Shown here in pieces: positions 1 to 9,211 of a stretch of DNA of 64,000 bases (its first letter is position 1; every line of letters starts with the position of its first letter). Source of the DNA: Veleropilina oligotropha. Its lineage: Eukaryota. The notes below the pieces were generated by a model. It worked only from the letters and a program-made list of their open reading frames with translations, made no database searches and had not been told where the DNA came from. The DNA is taken from the NCBI GenBank assembly GCA_048128005.1, contig JBEUKZ010000104.1, positions 1 through 64,000 of the forward strand, in the 5' to 3' direction. Made by a program: the position numbers and the translations under genes.

Positions 1-2
1 TC

Positions 3-1241
3 AAGGGCATCCGCCAGTCGGTCACGATTACAAACAATCCATCAACGATTGCCCCGAACCAGCAGCTCCTGGTTCGGTTCCCTAATCTCGGGGCGAATGA
101 CGTGATCGTTCCAGGGACTGCCCACCTCGCATTTACCATCTCTCTGACCTCGGTAAATGCGAATAGGACTGTAGTGCAAAATATCGGCCGTGCCGTGATC
201 AGAAAGACCACGATAAAGATAAGTGGAAACGAGATCATGTCGATTGACGACTCCGACGTGTACCACTGCTACCGCGATCTCTGGAAGACCACAGGGGAGC
301 GCAAGAACGCCCAGTACCAGGGGATTGATACCAGCGATGGACACAACACTACGAAGCATCGTGTTGGCGCGGCAGACGCCTTCAGACTGTCTGAGGATGT
401 CGCGGTCGCGGCCGCGTACGGTAACCGATTCCGCATCCCGCTGGATTTCGAGCTGTTGGAAAGTCACATGCCATTCTATCAAAGCGCCCTTGGAGACCGT
501 CTCGAGTATGAGCTAACGTTCAACGACTACTCCCGGACTATCCGGGAGACGGACGACTCCGGTTCCAGCTATTCCATCGACAATATATCCCTCGAATATG
601 ACATGGTAACCCAATCCGAGCTTGCCAGACGGATTCGAAATCAATACCAGGGTCAACTCGTAATCCTGTACGACCGTGTTCTCCGGCATCGGAAGCTCAC
701 CCTAGACAAGAGCGACTCGTTGTGGAATATGAATGTGAACGTACCGGCGAGGTCGATGAAAGGAATACTACTGTTGTTCGAGGACCCTGCGAGAGACGCC
801 GCGCCATTCTCTCGCGATACTGAGGCCTTCTATAATCCGAAGATCACAAAGGTCGAGGTCACAATCGAGGGTGTCCCGAATCAAATCTACAGCCAGGGCA
901 TGCGAACATACCAGATCTGGGAAGAAGCCAAGAAAATGTTCGCCTCCGGCTGCAGCAAGCGGCATCCTGAGGTCGCGATGGTCGCAAAGGACTTGGAGAT
1001 GGCAGACGTCACCCTGGGCGAATTTCTGACTAAGAAATTTGCGCTCTGGATCGATATGCGGGTAACTGACGACGATCAGTTGCACGGGTCAGGCCGGAGG
1101 GTCGAGAACGCCAGCGAAGGCATTACTATTCAGATCACTAAAACAGCCGAAGCGGCCGGTCCACTGAACGTCTACGAGTTCGTGATCATGGACGCACAGC
1201 TGAATATCGAGAATGGCCGATTCGTCGAAGCACTGTACTAA
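3..1241 (+). CDS. Putative major capsid protein (double jelly-roll type), 5'-truncated by the window edge
   Basis: Frame is open from position 3 (KGIRQSVTITNNPSTIAPNQQLLVRFPNL...) to the stop at 1241, more than 410 aa. Beta-strand-like pattern (FRIPLDF, LEYELTFN, ISLEYD, ITIQITK) and position next to the packaging ATPase support the call. The fold is inferred. Confidence 0.7.
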   Translation, partial: KGIRQSVTITNNPSTIAPNQQLLVRFPNLGANDVIVPGTAHLAFTISLTSVNANRTVVQNIGRAVIRKTTIKISGNEIMSIDDSDVYHCYRDLWKTTGERKNAQYQGIDTSDGHNTTKHRVGAADAFRLSEDVAVAAAYGNRFRIPLDFELLESHMPFYQSALGDRLEYELTFNDYSRTIRETDDSGSSYSIDNISLEYDMVTQSELARRIRNQYQGQLVILYDRVLRHRKLTLDKSDSLWNMNVNVPARSMKGILLLFEDPARDAAPFSRDTEAFYNPKITKVEVTIEGVPNQIYSQGMRTYQIWEEAKKMFASGCSKRHPEVAMVAKDLEMADVTLGEFLTKKFALWIDMRVTDDDQLHGSGRRVENASEGITIQITKTAEAAGPLNVYEFVIMDAQLNIENGRFVEALY

Positions 1242-1845
1242 ACGATTTCCGCACACCAAGGACCCCCACTCCGCAATCATCTGCGGCCAGACCGGTTGTG
1301 GGAAGACGGTTTTCATGCTTGAACTGCTGGAAGGGGAGTATCGAGGCGTCTTCCGGCATATCGTGATCCTCTGCCCCACGATCAAGTACAACAAAGCATA
1401 CCAGTCTTGTCCGTGGATCTGGACCGACCCTGAGGTGTATTTAGTCCCCCCGGGTGAGCGACTCCATGACTGGCTGCGGGGGTTCTACCGGCTGTTTCAG
1501 GGGGAGTCGACTCTGTACATAATCGACGACTGCGCCGCCAGCAAGGCTATGGCAAAGAAACGGGACATGCTGACTTTGTTGGCCTTCAGCGGCAGGCATG
1601 CTTCCCAGAGCGTATGGGTAGTGACGCAAAAGTACAACTCGGTCTTGAAGGAGCTCAGAGAGCAGACCCGCTGGGTCGCGCTGTTCCATTGCAAGGACCG
1701 CGACAGTTTCGAGGACTGTCTGCGCGAGAACGATGTAATCCCGTCGCAGGATGAACGGACCGCGGTTCGCCGGCTGTTGTCCGAGACACGACACGCTAAG
1801 CTTCTGTTGAAAACTGATCAGCCCGTTGCTTATAGTGTGCTTTAG
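1213..1845 (+). CDS. A32/FtsK-HerA-family genome packaging ATPase
   Basis: Walker A GQTGCGKT, Walker B YIIDD, and A32-type SGRH...VWVVTQKY motif. Confidence 0.9.
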   Translation: MADSSKHCTKRFPHTKDPHSAIICGQTGCGKTVFMLELLEGEYRGVFRHIVILCPTIKYNKAYQSCPWIWTDPEVYLVPPGERLHDWLRGFYRLFQGESTLYIIDDCAASKAMAKKRDMLTLLAFSGRHASQSVWVVTQKYNSVLKELREQTRWVALFHCKDRDSFEDCLRENDVIPSQDERTAVRRLLSETRHAKLLLKTDQPVAYSVL

Positions 1846-1898
1846 CAGCTACTTGGCTAGCCCTAACATCTACTTAGCAGCTACTTAGCTAGCTAGGC

Positions 1899-2660
1899 AT
1901 GTCGGACGCGGTATACATAGCTTTTGCTTTCAGCCAGGGCCTGATCTTGTTGCTACTCGTAACGTTGTGGTATTGGCATTATCGCTATATTAGACTGGCG
2001 AGGAGATGTTGGAAACGCTTAAGGATGGACAGCCTCATCGATCAACTCATGGATGACGAGGAAGAAACGACCGTGAGCAGCAGCTCACCCCGCTCGACGA
2101 CCAAACGCTGCTCGCAGCACGAGGAACCTGAAACTGGCTCCATAGGGATGGCAAAGAAACGGGAGAGGCTTGCAGCATTAGCCGTTGGAGGACAGGCCCA
2201 CCGATACATGGGGCGTAACCTCACAGTGGACCGAATCGACGATATGACTGACGACGAGGTTGAGAAACACCACGCACGGTATGAAGCGAAGCTAGGTGCT
2301 GACATGACGAAGACCCTCGGGGCCGCTGCTATACAGCTGTATGCGGGTGCAGCTGGGATGTTCCTGCCCATTCCACCAGCAAACCAGCTACGACTGATCG
2401 CTGATCTCGAGGCCGACCCGTTCATCTCACATGCCCTGACCACTGCAAGCTGTGAGCTGTATTATAAATATGGCATGTACCTCGCACCGCTGACCGCAGC
2501 GTTGACCACGGCTAAGCACTGCCAATTTGGACATGTTTGCCCGCCTAAGATACCAGATCAAGATGACAACGCCGGAAGTGGACCAAGTGATCGAGAGACA
2601 GCCGATCGAGAGCCAGCCGATAGAGAGGGTGACTTCTTCGACGGACTCATCAGTGAGTAA
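1899..2660 (+). CDS. Viral hypothetical protein; true start may be the internal ATG of MDSLIDQ
   Basis: 253-aa ATG-initiated ORF co-oriented within the viral gene block, with a hydrophobic N-terminal segment. Confidence 0.65.
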   Translation: MSDAVYIAFAFSQGLILLLLVTLWYWHYRYIRLARRCWKRLRMDSLIDQLMDDEEETTVSSSSPRSTTKRCSQHEEPETGSIGMAKKRERLAALAVGGQAHRYMGRNLTVDRIDDMTDDEVEKHHARYEAKLGADMTKTLGAAAIQLYAGAAGMFLPIPPANQLRLIADLEADPFISHALTTASCELYYKYGMYLAPLTAALTTAKHCQFGHVCPPKIPDQDDNAGSGPSDRETADREPADREGDFFDGLISE

Positions 2661-3054
2661 AAAGGACCCGAAAAAAGTGGCTGCAGGTCGGGCCGGCGCT
2701 GCTGCTCGAAAAGCCAAGCAGGAGAAGCTACTGGCCGCGGTTCGAAAAATGAAAGAAGACCTGAGTGCCCCAACAAGTGTTGTCGTTCCATCAGAACAGC
2801 CCGGGGAGGCGGTTCCAGCCGCAGAAAGACCGTGTGCGCCAGATACACAGAAATCGGACCAATTTAATTGGACCCAGGTAGCCGTCGCTGCCGGTACGGT
2901 TGCGTTGGTATTTGTTGTCTGGAAGACGTCCTCAGAACGCAGCAACCCTGGTCCATCCACACCACATCAACAGCCACCAGACGCGGACGCTCGGTGCTCT
3001 CGGGCCGCCCCCACTATCGAATTGAAGAAGCAGAACCCTTTTCATATGCAATAG
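2563..3054 (+). CDS. Viral hypothetical protein with a basic patch and one predicted TM helix
   Basis: KKDPKKVAAGRAGAAARKAKQ basic segment and hydrophobic VAVAAGTVALVFVVW. Start taken at the ATG of MTTPEV. Confidence 0.6.
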   Translation: MTTPEVDQVIERQPIESQPIERVTSSTDSSVSKKDPKKVAAGRAGAAARKAKQEKLLAAVRKMKEDLSAPTSVVVPSEQPGEAVPAAERPCAPDTQKSDQFNWTQVAVAAGTVALVFVVWKTSSERSNPGPSTPHQQPPDADARCSRAAPTIELKKQNPFHMQ

Positions 3055-3090
3055 TCGCAAACGGTAGCATTTCTATAGTACTCAACAGTT

Positions 3091-3330
3091 ATGACTACCC
3101 CAATCACTGATGGAAAGATGCTCGGCAACGCTGTATACCACGCCGCTATAGTGTCAGGCCTCGCCATAGGCTACGCACGCCTGACAAAGATGGTATTCAA
3201 GGGAGCGAGCCCCAAACTGGACTTCACGGGGTACGATGTCGGGATGGTCGTCCTCGACGTATCGCTCGCCATGGCGACGAAAGACATGCTGATCAAGCAA
3301 GGCATCATTCCGGCCGATATATTGAAGTAG
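3091..3330 (+). CDS. Small hydrophobic viral protein (79 aa)
   Basis: ATG-initiated, two hydrophobic segments, tightly packed between neighbouring ORFs. Confidence 0.6.
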   Translation: MTTPITDGKMLGNAVYHAAIVSGLAIGYARLTKMVFKGASPKLDFTGYDVGMVVLDVSLAMATKDMLIKQGIIPADILK

Positions 3331-3361
3331 TGGGACCTTGCTAGATAATCGCAGCATTTCA

Positions 3362-3790
3362 ATGGCTTCCATTGCGATGCTGGTTGGGGGCGCTCTCGTC
3401 AACGCCCTCGCCTTCAGCGGCTCCAACTTCCTCTTCTCGAAGCTACGCAGCTCCGGTGTCGATGCGGAGCGTAAACGCCACGACATTGCTGTAGAACAGC
3501 TCAACGCTGCTCAGACTAAATGGTCACAACAGAGGGCAGAGCGTCTCGACTGGCTGAACGTTGAACTTCGCCGCCAGGGTCATGCCGTTGGCACATTCCG
3601 GGATGTTGACGCCGCGATCCGTGAGTATGCATTGATCACCGGCAAGAACCTTGACCCCGGCCTGGGGGGTGGCCCTGAGCCCGCCCTGTCTGACTACTAC
3701 ACACCGAGCGATGCCCAGAAGGGACGTGAGATCACCTTCATCATCCTGGGGATGGCTGCGACCGGGTTGGTCGCCTACAAGCTCGCCTAA
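3362..3790 (+). CDS. Viral membrane-type protein (TM, coiled coil, TM)
   Basis: Hydrophobic N-terminus MASIAMLVGGALVNALAFSGSNFLFS, charged helical middle, C-terminal ITFIILGMAATGLVAYKLA. Confidence 0.65.
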   Translation: MASIAMLVGGALVNALAFSGSNFLFSKLRSSGVDAERKRHDIAVEQLNAAQTKWSQQRAERLDWLNVELRRQGHAVGTFRDVDAAIREYALITGKNLDPGLGGGPEPALSDYYTPSDAQKGREITFIILGMAATGLVAYKLA

Positions 3791-3830
3791 TTATTTCCAG
3801 TGGACATTTTTTTCGTTGGCATGTATAGTA

Positions 3831-4052
3831 ATGGGGCTCCCAGAAGAGCTGTACTGCGCTATGCTTGCGGTCGGCTATAGTACTACGTTACTCGACTGCT
3901 GGCGCCGCGACGAAAAGACTATGGTGCGGTTCGCGGTCCTGGTGCTCTCGGGCCCGACCAACCTTTGGGAGACGACTGCGCAGCGACCGGCTCCGGAAGC
4001 TGAAGCCTGTTGGAGACTGATCGGTTTACTGGAATACATTGCTGATGGATAG
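3831..4052 (+). CDS. Small viral hypothetical protein
   Basis: ATG at 3831 (MGLPEELY...) fills the gap up to the integrase and overlaps its start. Confidence 0.4.
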   Translation: MGLPEELYCAMLAVGYSTTLLDCWRRDEKTMVRFAVLVLSGPTNLWETTAQRPAPEAEACWRLIGLLEYIADG

Positions 4053-5043
4053 TAAGCTTGCGAGGATGTACTACAGCCCTAAGGGCTACTGGAAAGGCAT
4101 TGCCGCGATAAAGAAACTAGCGGAGGCTGCCAAGGCGTCTGAAGTGGAGGCCCGGACATGGCTTAAGAGGCAGGCTATATGGCAGATCTATTTACCTGCG
4201 CCACGGCGGATTCCAAGACCAAAATTCGACGTCGTAACGCCAAACGAGGTTCACCAAGCCGACCTCCTGTTTCTCCCCCATGACAAGGTCAGACACAAGA
4301 CCTATAAGTACGCTTTGACTGTGGTTGATGTGGCCAGTCGCTTTAAAGAGGCTGAGCCTCTGGTCACAAAAGAGGCCAAAGGGGTTGCTGAAGCACTAGC
4401 CCGAATCTACAGGCGGAGTCCTCTTGGCTGGCCGAAACTGCTTCAAGTCGATCCAGGGCGAGAGTTTATGGGCGCGGTTTCCCAGCTGCTGGCAAAGAAT
4501 AACGTCGAGGTTAGGCGTGGCCGTGTGGATATCCATCGCGATCAGGGCATTGTGGAGCGCTTCAACCGGACGCTCGCTGAGCGGCTCTTCGGGCACCAGT
4601 ATGCAACAGAGATGCGGTTTGCAGAGTCTGCGAAAGAGGGTCAAAGGTCAACTGAGTGGGTCGCCCGGTTAGCAGCTGTAGTTGCGGCCTTGAATGGGGA
4701 AGTGACCAGGCTGACCGGTAAAAAGCCCAAGGACGCCATCAAGGCACCTCGCGTTGCCCAAAAGCCAGGCGCCACTGTTCCAGGCCGACAGGGGAAGGAA
4801 CAGAAACTCCCCTCTGACGTAGATGTTCGCTACCTCTACTACGATGGTGAGCTGGAGGGGGGTCATCGCCGTGCTACTGACCCGGTGTGGTCTCTAAAAG
4901 TTTACAGGCTTGGACGCTCCGTCACTAAGCCTGACGAGCCTGTGCTCTACTACTTGCTGGATGGACCACCGCGTGGCTTCGTTCGTGAGGAACTTCTCGT
5001 GGTGCCTCGTGATACCCAGCTGCCGCCGGTTCTCAGGCGTTAA
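4045..5043 (+). CDS. Retroviral-like (rve) DDE integrase of Polinton type
   Basis: HQADLLFL (D), YALTVVDVASRF, LQVDPGREF (D), GIVERFNRTL (E). ORF is uninterrupted. Confidence 0.93.
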   Translation: MDSKLARMYYSPKGYWKGIAAIKKLAEAAKASEVEARTWLKRQAIWQIYLPAPRRIPRPKFDVVTPNEVHQADLLFLPHDKVRHKTYKYALTVVDVASRFKEAEPLVTKEAKGVAEALARIYRRSPLGWPKLLQVDPGREFMGAVSQLLAKNNVEVRRGRVDIHRDQGIVERFNRTLAERLFGHQYATEMRFAESAKEGQRSTEWVARLAAVVAALNGEVTRLTGKKPKDAIKAPRVAQKPGATVPGRQGKEQKLPSDVDVRYLYYDGELEGGHRRATDPVWSLKVYRLGRSVTKPDEPVLYYLLDGPPRGFVREELLVVPRDTQLPPVLRR

Positions 5044-8000
5044 CAACCGCAAATCCTCGTTTCCGGTTACATTCCAGACACGTTAAGCGCACGTTGTCGC
5101 GGGTGTGGCCCCTGCTGTTGTCCACACGGTCGACACTGAACTGCTGTGTGTCCTTCGGGGAATATGCCCAGAGCAGCTCTATGTTGCATGCTGCGCAGCG
5201 GTTGTTTTGGGCCTCTCTGAGCCGCAGGATGTCGTCGACCTTGAGGTTAAACCCCGGGAGTCCCGTTGCCTGGTCCTGGCGTTTGTACGCCACAAGCTTT
5301 TTCTGGATGGTCTTTCGGAGCTGTTGCTCGGTTTGGGGCCGGGGCTTGTCCTCAGAACCCTCATCCGGTGGACAGGTTACCCGTTCGAGCTGACGCAGCA
5401 GCTCCACCCGGGACACGGCTAGGTAGGCGAGATTACTCCACTGAAGGTAGTCGTCGATGATCCAGACTTTCTGTGGGTCGTGAATCGTAAGACCCTGGCT
5501 CGAATGGATGGTCAGGGCATAGCCCAGGCGCCAATCCGGGGTCAGGATAGCCCGCTCAGCGGCCTCAATGGTGACCTCGACGACGTCGTTCAGAACTAGC
5601 TCCTCTCTGTCGCTGGTGCCCGGAATGGTTACCATGATGTTCTGTTTTCTGCTGTCCCTGGGGTGGTACAGGATCGGGACATAGGAGTCTGGGAAGTGCT
5701 CCTTGTGCCTCTGGAGCAACAGCTCTTGAGCCCGTTCGCGGACCTTCTGACGGCTTGTGAGGATTAGGTCGCCTGGCTTCCAGGTGTTGACGAACCGGTC
5801 CCATCCGAGGCAGCTGGGGAGGGTCCGTCGCATCTCGTCGCACTGGACTTTGTCGGGCTGGAGACGGATACGTCTTTTCAGGGCTTGGAGGGCAGGGTCG
5901 TCTTTCGCCCTGTAGTCTACTTCGATCTCTTCATAGTAGTCCGCGGTCTTTCGCAGCCAATCGTGCGGCATCTCGCCCGTAATCGGTGGTGGCTGGCCTT
6001 GATCACCACAGCAGATAACCTGCACTTCGTGGCGGCCCAGCCAGTCCAAGAACATCTCTAGAATAGCCCGGGGAACAGTACAGACCTCGTCCCAGATAAT
6101 GACGCGCGGGATGAACTTCTGACCCATGCGGTCAGGCGTCCAGTCATTCTGGCCGCTCCATCGGAAGAAGCTGTGGTAGGTCTGGGCTTTGACGCCTCTG
6201 GTCCGCATCTCTTTAGCGAGGCGGTGGGTTGGTGTGAACACGACGGGATTCCTTGCCCGAAAGAGCTCGATCGCTCTCGTAGTCTTGCCACAGCCCCCTC
6301 CACCGTTGAGGTAACTCAGGCGATGGTGGGTCAGTGTGTCATTGTAGCATGGCGCGGTGCTCGGCTGGCTGGAATTGGCGGCACAACAATACTCTGGCTT
6401 GGGTAGGTATGCGGCATGTTCCTGTGGCATATACAGCTGTTCGCCCTTGTCACGCCACTGGGCCGGTGCTACTGGCGGAAGGTACGGCTCCGCGATCAGA
6501 CATGAGACGCACGATTTCTCGCCACAGCCGCAGAGTCTGGGGGCAACGTACACCGTGACATCGTCGAGCTTCTCCAACGAGGCCTTCTTGAGGTAGATGC
6601 TGTCAGTGGCTACTCGGACGGCTTCTGCTGCACTGAAACGCTGAAGCATGCTCAAGAGGTTTATGTGGGCATAGGCCAACATGGACGCCCTCAGGTGGGC
6701 GTACTGAGGCTGGGAGCCATCATAGTACGTGAGGATGTGCCCCATAGGGCATCTCTGAGGAGCGCCAACCAGGGTGCCGCTTTGGCGGGTGTCTCTTACG
6801 AGGAAGTCGAGCTCACCCTGGTCGGTCACCAGTCTACGAGTCAATCGCTTTCCGTCAGCTTTGGCGCCTTGGGTGAATTTGCCGATGATACTGCAGCCCT
6901 GGTCACGATCCGGAGGAAGCCAGACATCGGTCTGCTTTTTGAATGCGATGATGGCTTCTCGGATCTTGAGGCTTTTTAGCAGTCCAGAGTCTATGAGGAA
7001 GGCGAGCAGCGGGGTTGGTGCCCATCCATTCTCTGCAAAGTGCTTTCCGAACCATGCTACAATGACGGGGTGGATGTCTTGTGCGAACTCCCACCCCACG
7101 ACCTCAGCAAACCCGGTCCCGATATCTTGGGGTAGAGGACCGTTAATTGCGACCCGGGTCATGCTGTGGAGTGGGTGTCCGAATCTTTCGAAATAGGGCT
7201 TAGCCTCGCCCTTCCCCAGAAAGCTGGCAGGGTAGCAGGCTTTCATATCGATGCAGCAGACATCGCCCGTATCATAGTTCATGGAATTCCACAGGCCGCC
7301 GTGGCCATGCTCTACGCAGGCCTTCTGGATATCATCGAGCAGGCCCGCTGGGGTAGGTTTCCAGCCGTTGGTCTCTTTAGCCATAATGCTAGCTGCATGG
7401 TTCACGCCAAAGGCTCGATCGGCTAGGGACTCGTTTCCCAGCGCTGTACAGGCTTCTTGGAGTATCTCGTGAGTCTCTTTTGTCCTGTACGTGCGGCCGT
7501 CCTGAAGCACGAACTGGTCCACGCTGAGCTGTCGGTCTTTACCGCCTAGGAGCCAGACAGCCAATGGCTCGTTCTGTGTGGCTTGTCGGATAGCTTCCCA
7601 GACATCGCCCTCATACAGGTGGACCTCGCGAGACTGCGGGAAGTGTAGGTCCTTCGACCAGGCGTGGCCGTTGTGACAGATGAGTTCTATGGACTTCCAC
7701 ATACTGGCCTGGTATTTCCCACTGTTGTAGATGTCGGCACCTGCAATGTCTCTCAAGGTGATCGCCCGTTTGAGGATCTTCTCGAGGGTAGCTATATCAT
7801 CCACAGTGGCGCCTGTTACATGGACTCGCTCTTCCCACTCCAGTATTTTCTGCCGCCTTGTCGGGGTGAGTCCGTGTCCTCTAAGGGCACCTTCGAAGTG
7901 CTCAACCACTCGTTGGGCAACGCAGTTGAGGTCGCCGTTCTTCATCGGAACCAGGTTGGCGGGGTTTGGTTCTCTGAGAGGATAGACGCCGTAGACGACT

Positions 8001-8869
8001 GCAGTGACCGGGTAGGCATTCTCGTAGTAGACCTTGTCGACCCCAGTGATAGCACCCGGCTTAGTGTCCTGAGAGATCTCAAAGACACCCTGGCCCTTCT
8101 TCCTCGCAGCTTTCACCGGGTCAAACTTGTCTTCGACCACCCAGTCACCTTCACCCCACTCACGCAAGAACTTTATTCTAAGGACATACTCGCCCTTTGG
8201 AAGGGCTGTGAGGAGCTGTGCCGCCCTTGCATCTGTCATACGGGCATCCAGGGCCAGCCGTCCAGCCACTTCTACCCTCCATGTGGAGAAAGCCGCCGCG
8301 GCGCCATCGACCTCAAACTCGTCTTTGGCGTCGCTCAAGAGTTCCACCCATGGCTCTTTTGCTGGGAGCCTTACTGGGGGAGGGACCTGGTCATCCAGGT
8401 CGATGAATCGTTGTCCCTCGGGTGTGGTAAATTGCCCTAGAAGATCCTTCTGGTAGTCCTGGGCTGTCCGGGGCGTTTTGGAGATGAGAAGATCGGGCCC
8501 CTTCCGAGCAATAGCATGGGCAAGGGTCTCTTTCCGAGACCGCTTGACGATTCGATCCGCGATGGCGCGAAGTGGCTTCAGTCGAATCCTGGGATTTTTC
8601 TCAGCCTGGGATTCGTATTTACGAGCCTGCAGGGCGGCGTCGACCTCGTCCTTAATCTGCCGCAATTCGCGAGCACGTCGGCCTCTTTTGTGGGGGTTCT
8701 CCACATCTCCACGTATGGAGGGGAACCTTCCCGTTTTCATCGCCCGCTCGAGTCTGCTCCGAAACTCCGCAGCACGGACCCTGGCGATTGCCCTGACGAG
8801 GTCGTGCTTCTTGAGCTTCGACCGAGCGGGAATCCCATAATCTTTCGCTAGATTGCGCAGGTCATCCAT
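5033..8869 (-). CDS. Multidomain replicase: helical N-terminus, vOTU-like protease, divergent family-B DNA polymerase, SF1 (RecD/Pif1-like) helicase, HNH/EndoVII-like nuclease
   Basis: OTU-like GDLNCV...HNGHAW. Pol motif A CIDMKACYPAS, B-like GCSIIGKF, C VATDSIY. Helicase motifs GGGGCGKTT, IIWDEV, CGDQGQPPP, GYALTIHSSQG, YLAVSR. C-terminal CAAC...SVDRVDNSRGH...NVRLTCLECN. ATG start at 8869 (the track starts at an upstream GTG, 8887). Confidence 0.85.
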   Translation of the reverse strand: MDDLRNLAKDYGIPARSKLKKHDLVRAIARVRAAEFRSRLERAMKTGRFPSIRGDVENPHKRGRRARELRQIKDEVDAALQARKYESQAEKNPRIRLKPLRAIADRIVKRSRKETLAHAIARKGPDLLISKTPRTAQDYQKDLLGQFTTPEGQRFIDLDDQVPPPVRLPAKEPWVELLSDAKDEFEVDGAAAAFSTWRVEVAGRLALDARMTDARAAQLLTALPKGEYVLRIKFLREWGEGDWVVEDKFDPVKAARKKGQGVFEISQDTKPGAITGVDKVYYENAYPVTAVVYGVYPLREPNPANLVPMKNGDLNCVAQRVVEHFEGALRGHGLTPTRRQKILEWEERVHVTGATVDDIATLEKILKRAITLRDIAGADIYNSGKYQASMWKSIELICHNGHAWSKDLHFPQSREVHLYEGDVWEAIRQATQNEPLAVWLLGGKDRQLSVDQFVLQDGRTYRTKETHEILQEACTALGNESLADRAFGVNHAASIMAKETNGWKPTPAGLLDDIQKACVEHGHGGLWNSMNYDTGDVCCIDMKACYPASFLGKGEAKPYFERFGHPLHSMTRVAINGPLPQDIGTGFAEVVGWEFAQDIHPVIVAWFGKHFAENGWAPTPLLAFLIDSGLLKSLKIREAIIAFKKQTDVWLPPDRDQGCSIIGKFTQGAKADGKRLTRRLVTDQGELDFLVRDTRQSGTLVGAPQRCPMGHILTYYDGSQPQYAHLRASMLAYAHINLLSMLQRFSAAEAVRVATDSIYLKKASLEKLDDVTVYVAPRLCGCGEKSCVSCLIAEPYLPPVAPAQWRDKGEQLYMPQEHAAYLPKPEYCCAANSSQPSTAPCYNDTLTHHRLSYLNGGGGCGKTTRAIELFRARNPVVFTPTHRLAKEMRTRGVKAQTYHSFFRWSGQNDWTPDRMGQKFIPRVIIWDEVCTVPRAILEMFLDWLGRHEVQVICCGDQGQPPPITGEMPHDWLRKTADYYEEIEVDYRAKDDPALQALKRRIRLQPDKVQCDEMRRTLPSCLGWDRFVNTWKPGDLILTSRQKVRERAQELLLQRHKEHFPDSYVPILYHPRDSRKQNIMVTIPGTSDREELVLNDVVEVTIEAAERAILTPDWRLGYALTIHSSQGLTIHDPQKVWIIDDYLQWSNLAYLAVSRVELLRQLERVTCPPDEGSEDKPRPQTEQQLRKTIQKKLVAYKRQDQATGLPGFNLKVDDILRLREAQNNRCAACNIELLWAYSPKDTQQFSVDRVDNSRGHTRDNVRLTCLECNRKRGFAVVNA

Positions 8870-8917
8870 GTTGCTGGGGGGGTACACACTAGGATCTTTA
8901 CTTCTCTAATATGAAAT

Positions 8918-9211
8918 TTACGCGTGGTAAATTGCAGCCATGCGGAGAAACTCTCTCTCGAAGGCCCTTTTCTTTCGTTGCCAGTCCATACCGTTCTCAC
9001 TCTTATACCCACAGCCCTTACACAACGTAAGCCGGTTGAAAACTCCCTTCCCGCATTTGCTGCAGGGTTTTGTGCCCCGGCCATTTCGCCGTTGCCGAGC
9101 CAGATGGACTTTGCAATACGTGTTCAGACATCTCTTACCACATAGCTCCGTGGAGCTGATGGTGAGCCATTGACAGGTGTCCGTTCCCCACATATTGATA
9201 GCGGTTATCAT
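8918..9211 (-). CDS. Small Cys/His-rich putative zinc-finger protein
   Basis: C...CGKRC...YCKVH and CSKC...CKGC clusters, co-oriented directly upstream of the replicase. Confidence 0.6.
   Translation of the reverse strand: MITAINMWGTDTCQWLTISSTELCGKRCLNTYCKVHLARQRRNGRGTKPCSKCGKGVFNRLTLCKGCGYKSENGMDWQRKKRAFEREFLRMAAIYHA

Noticed and set aside
5094..8851. Numerous plus-strand ORFs (e.g. 7664-8440, 258 aa)
   Set aside because: Antisense shadows of the GC-rich replicase gene with no recognisable motifs.
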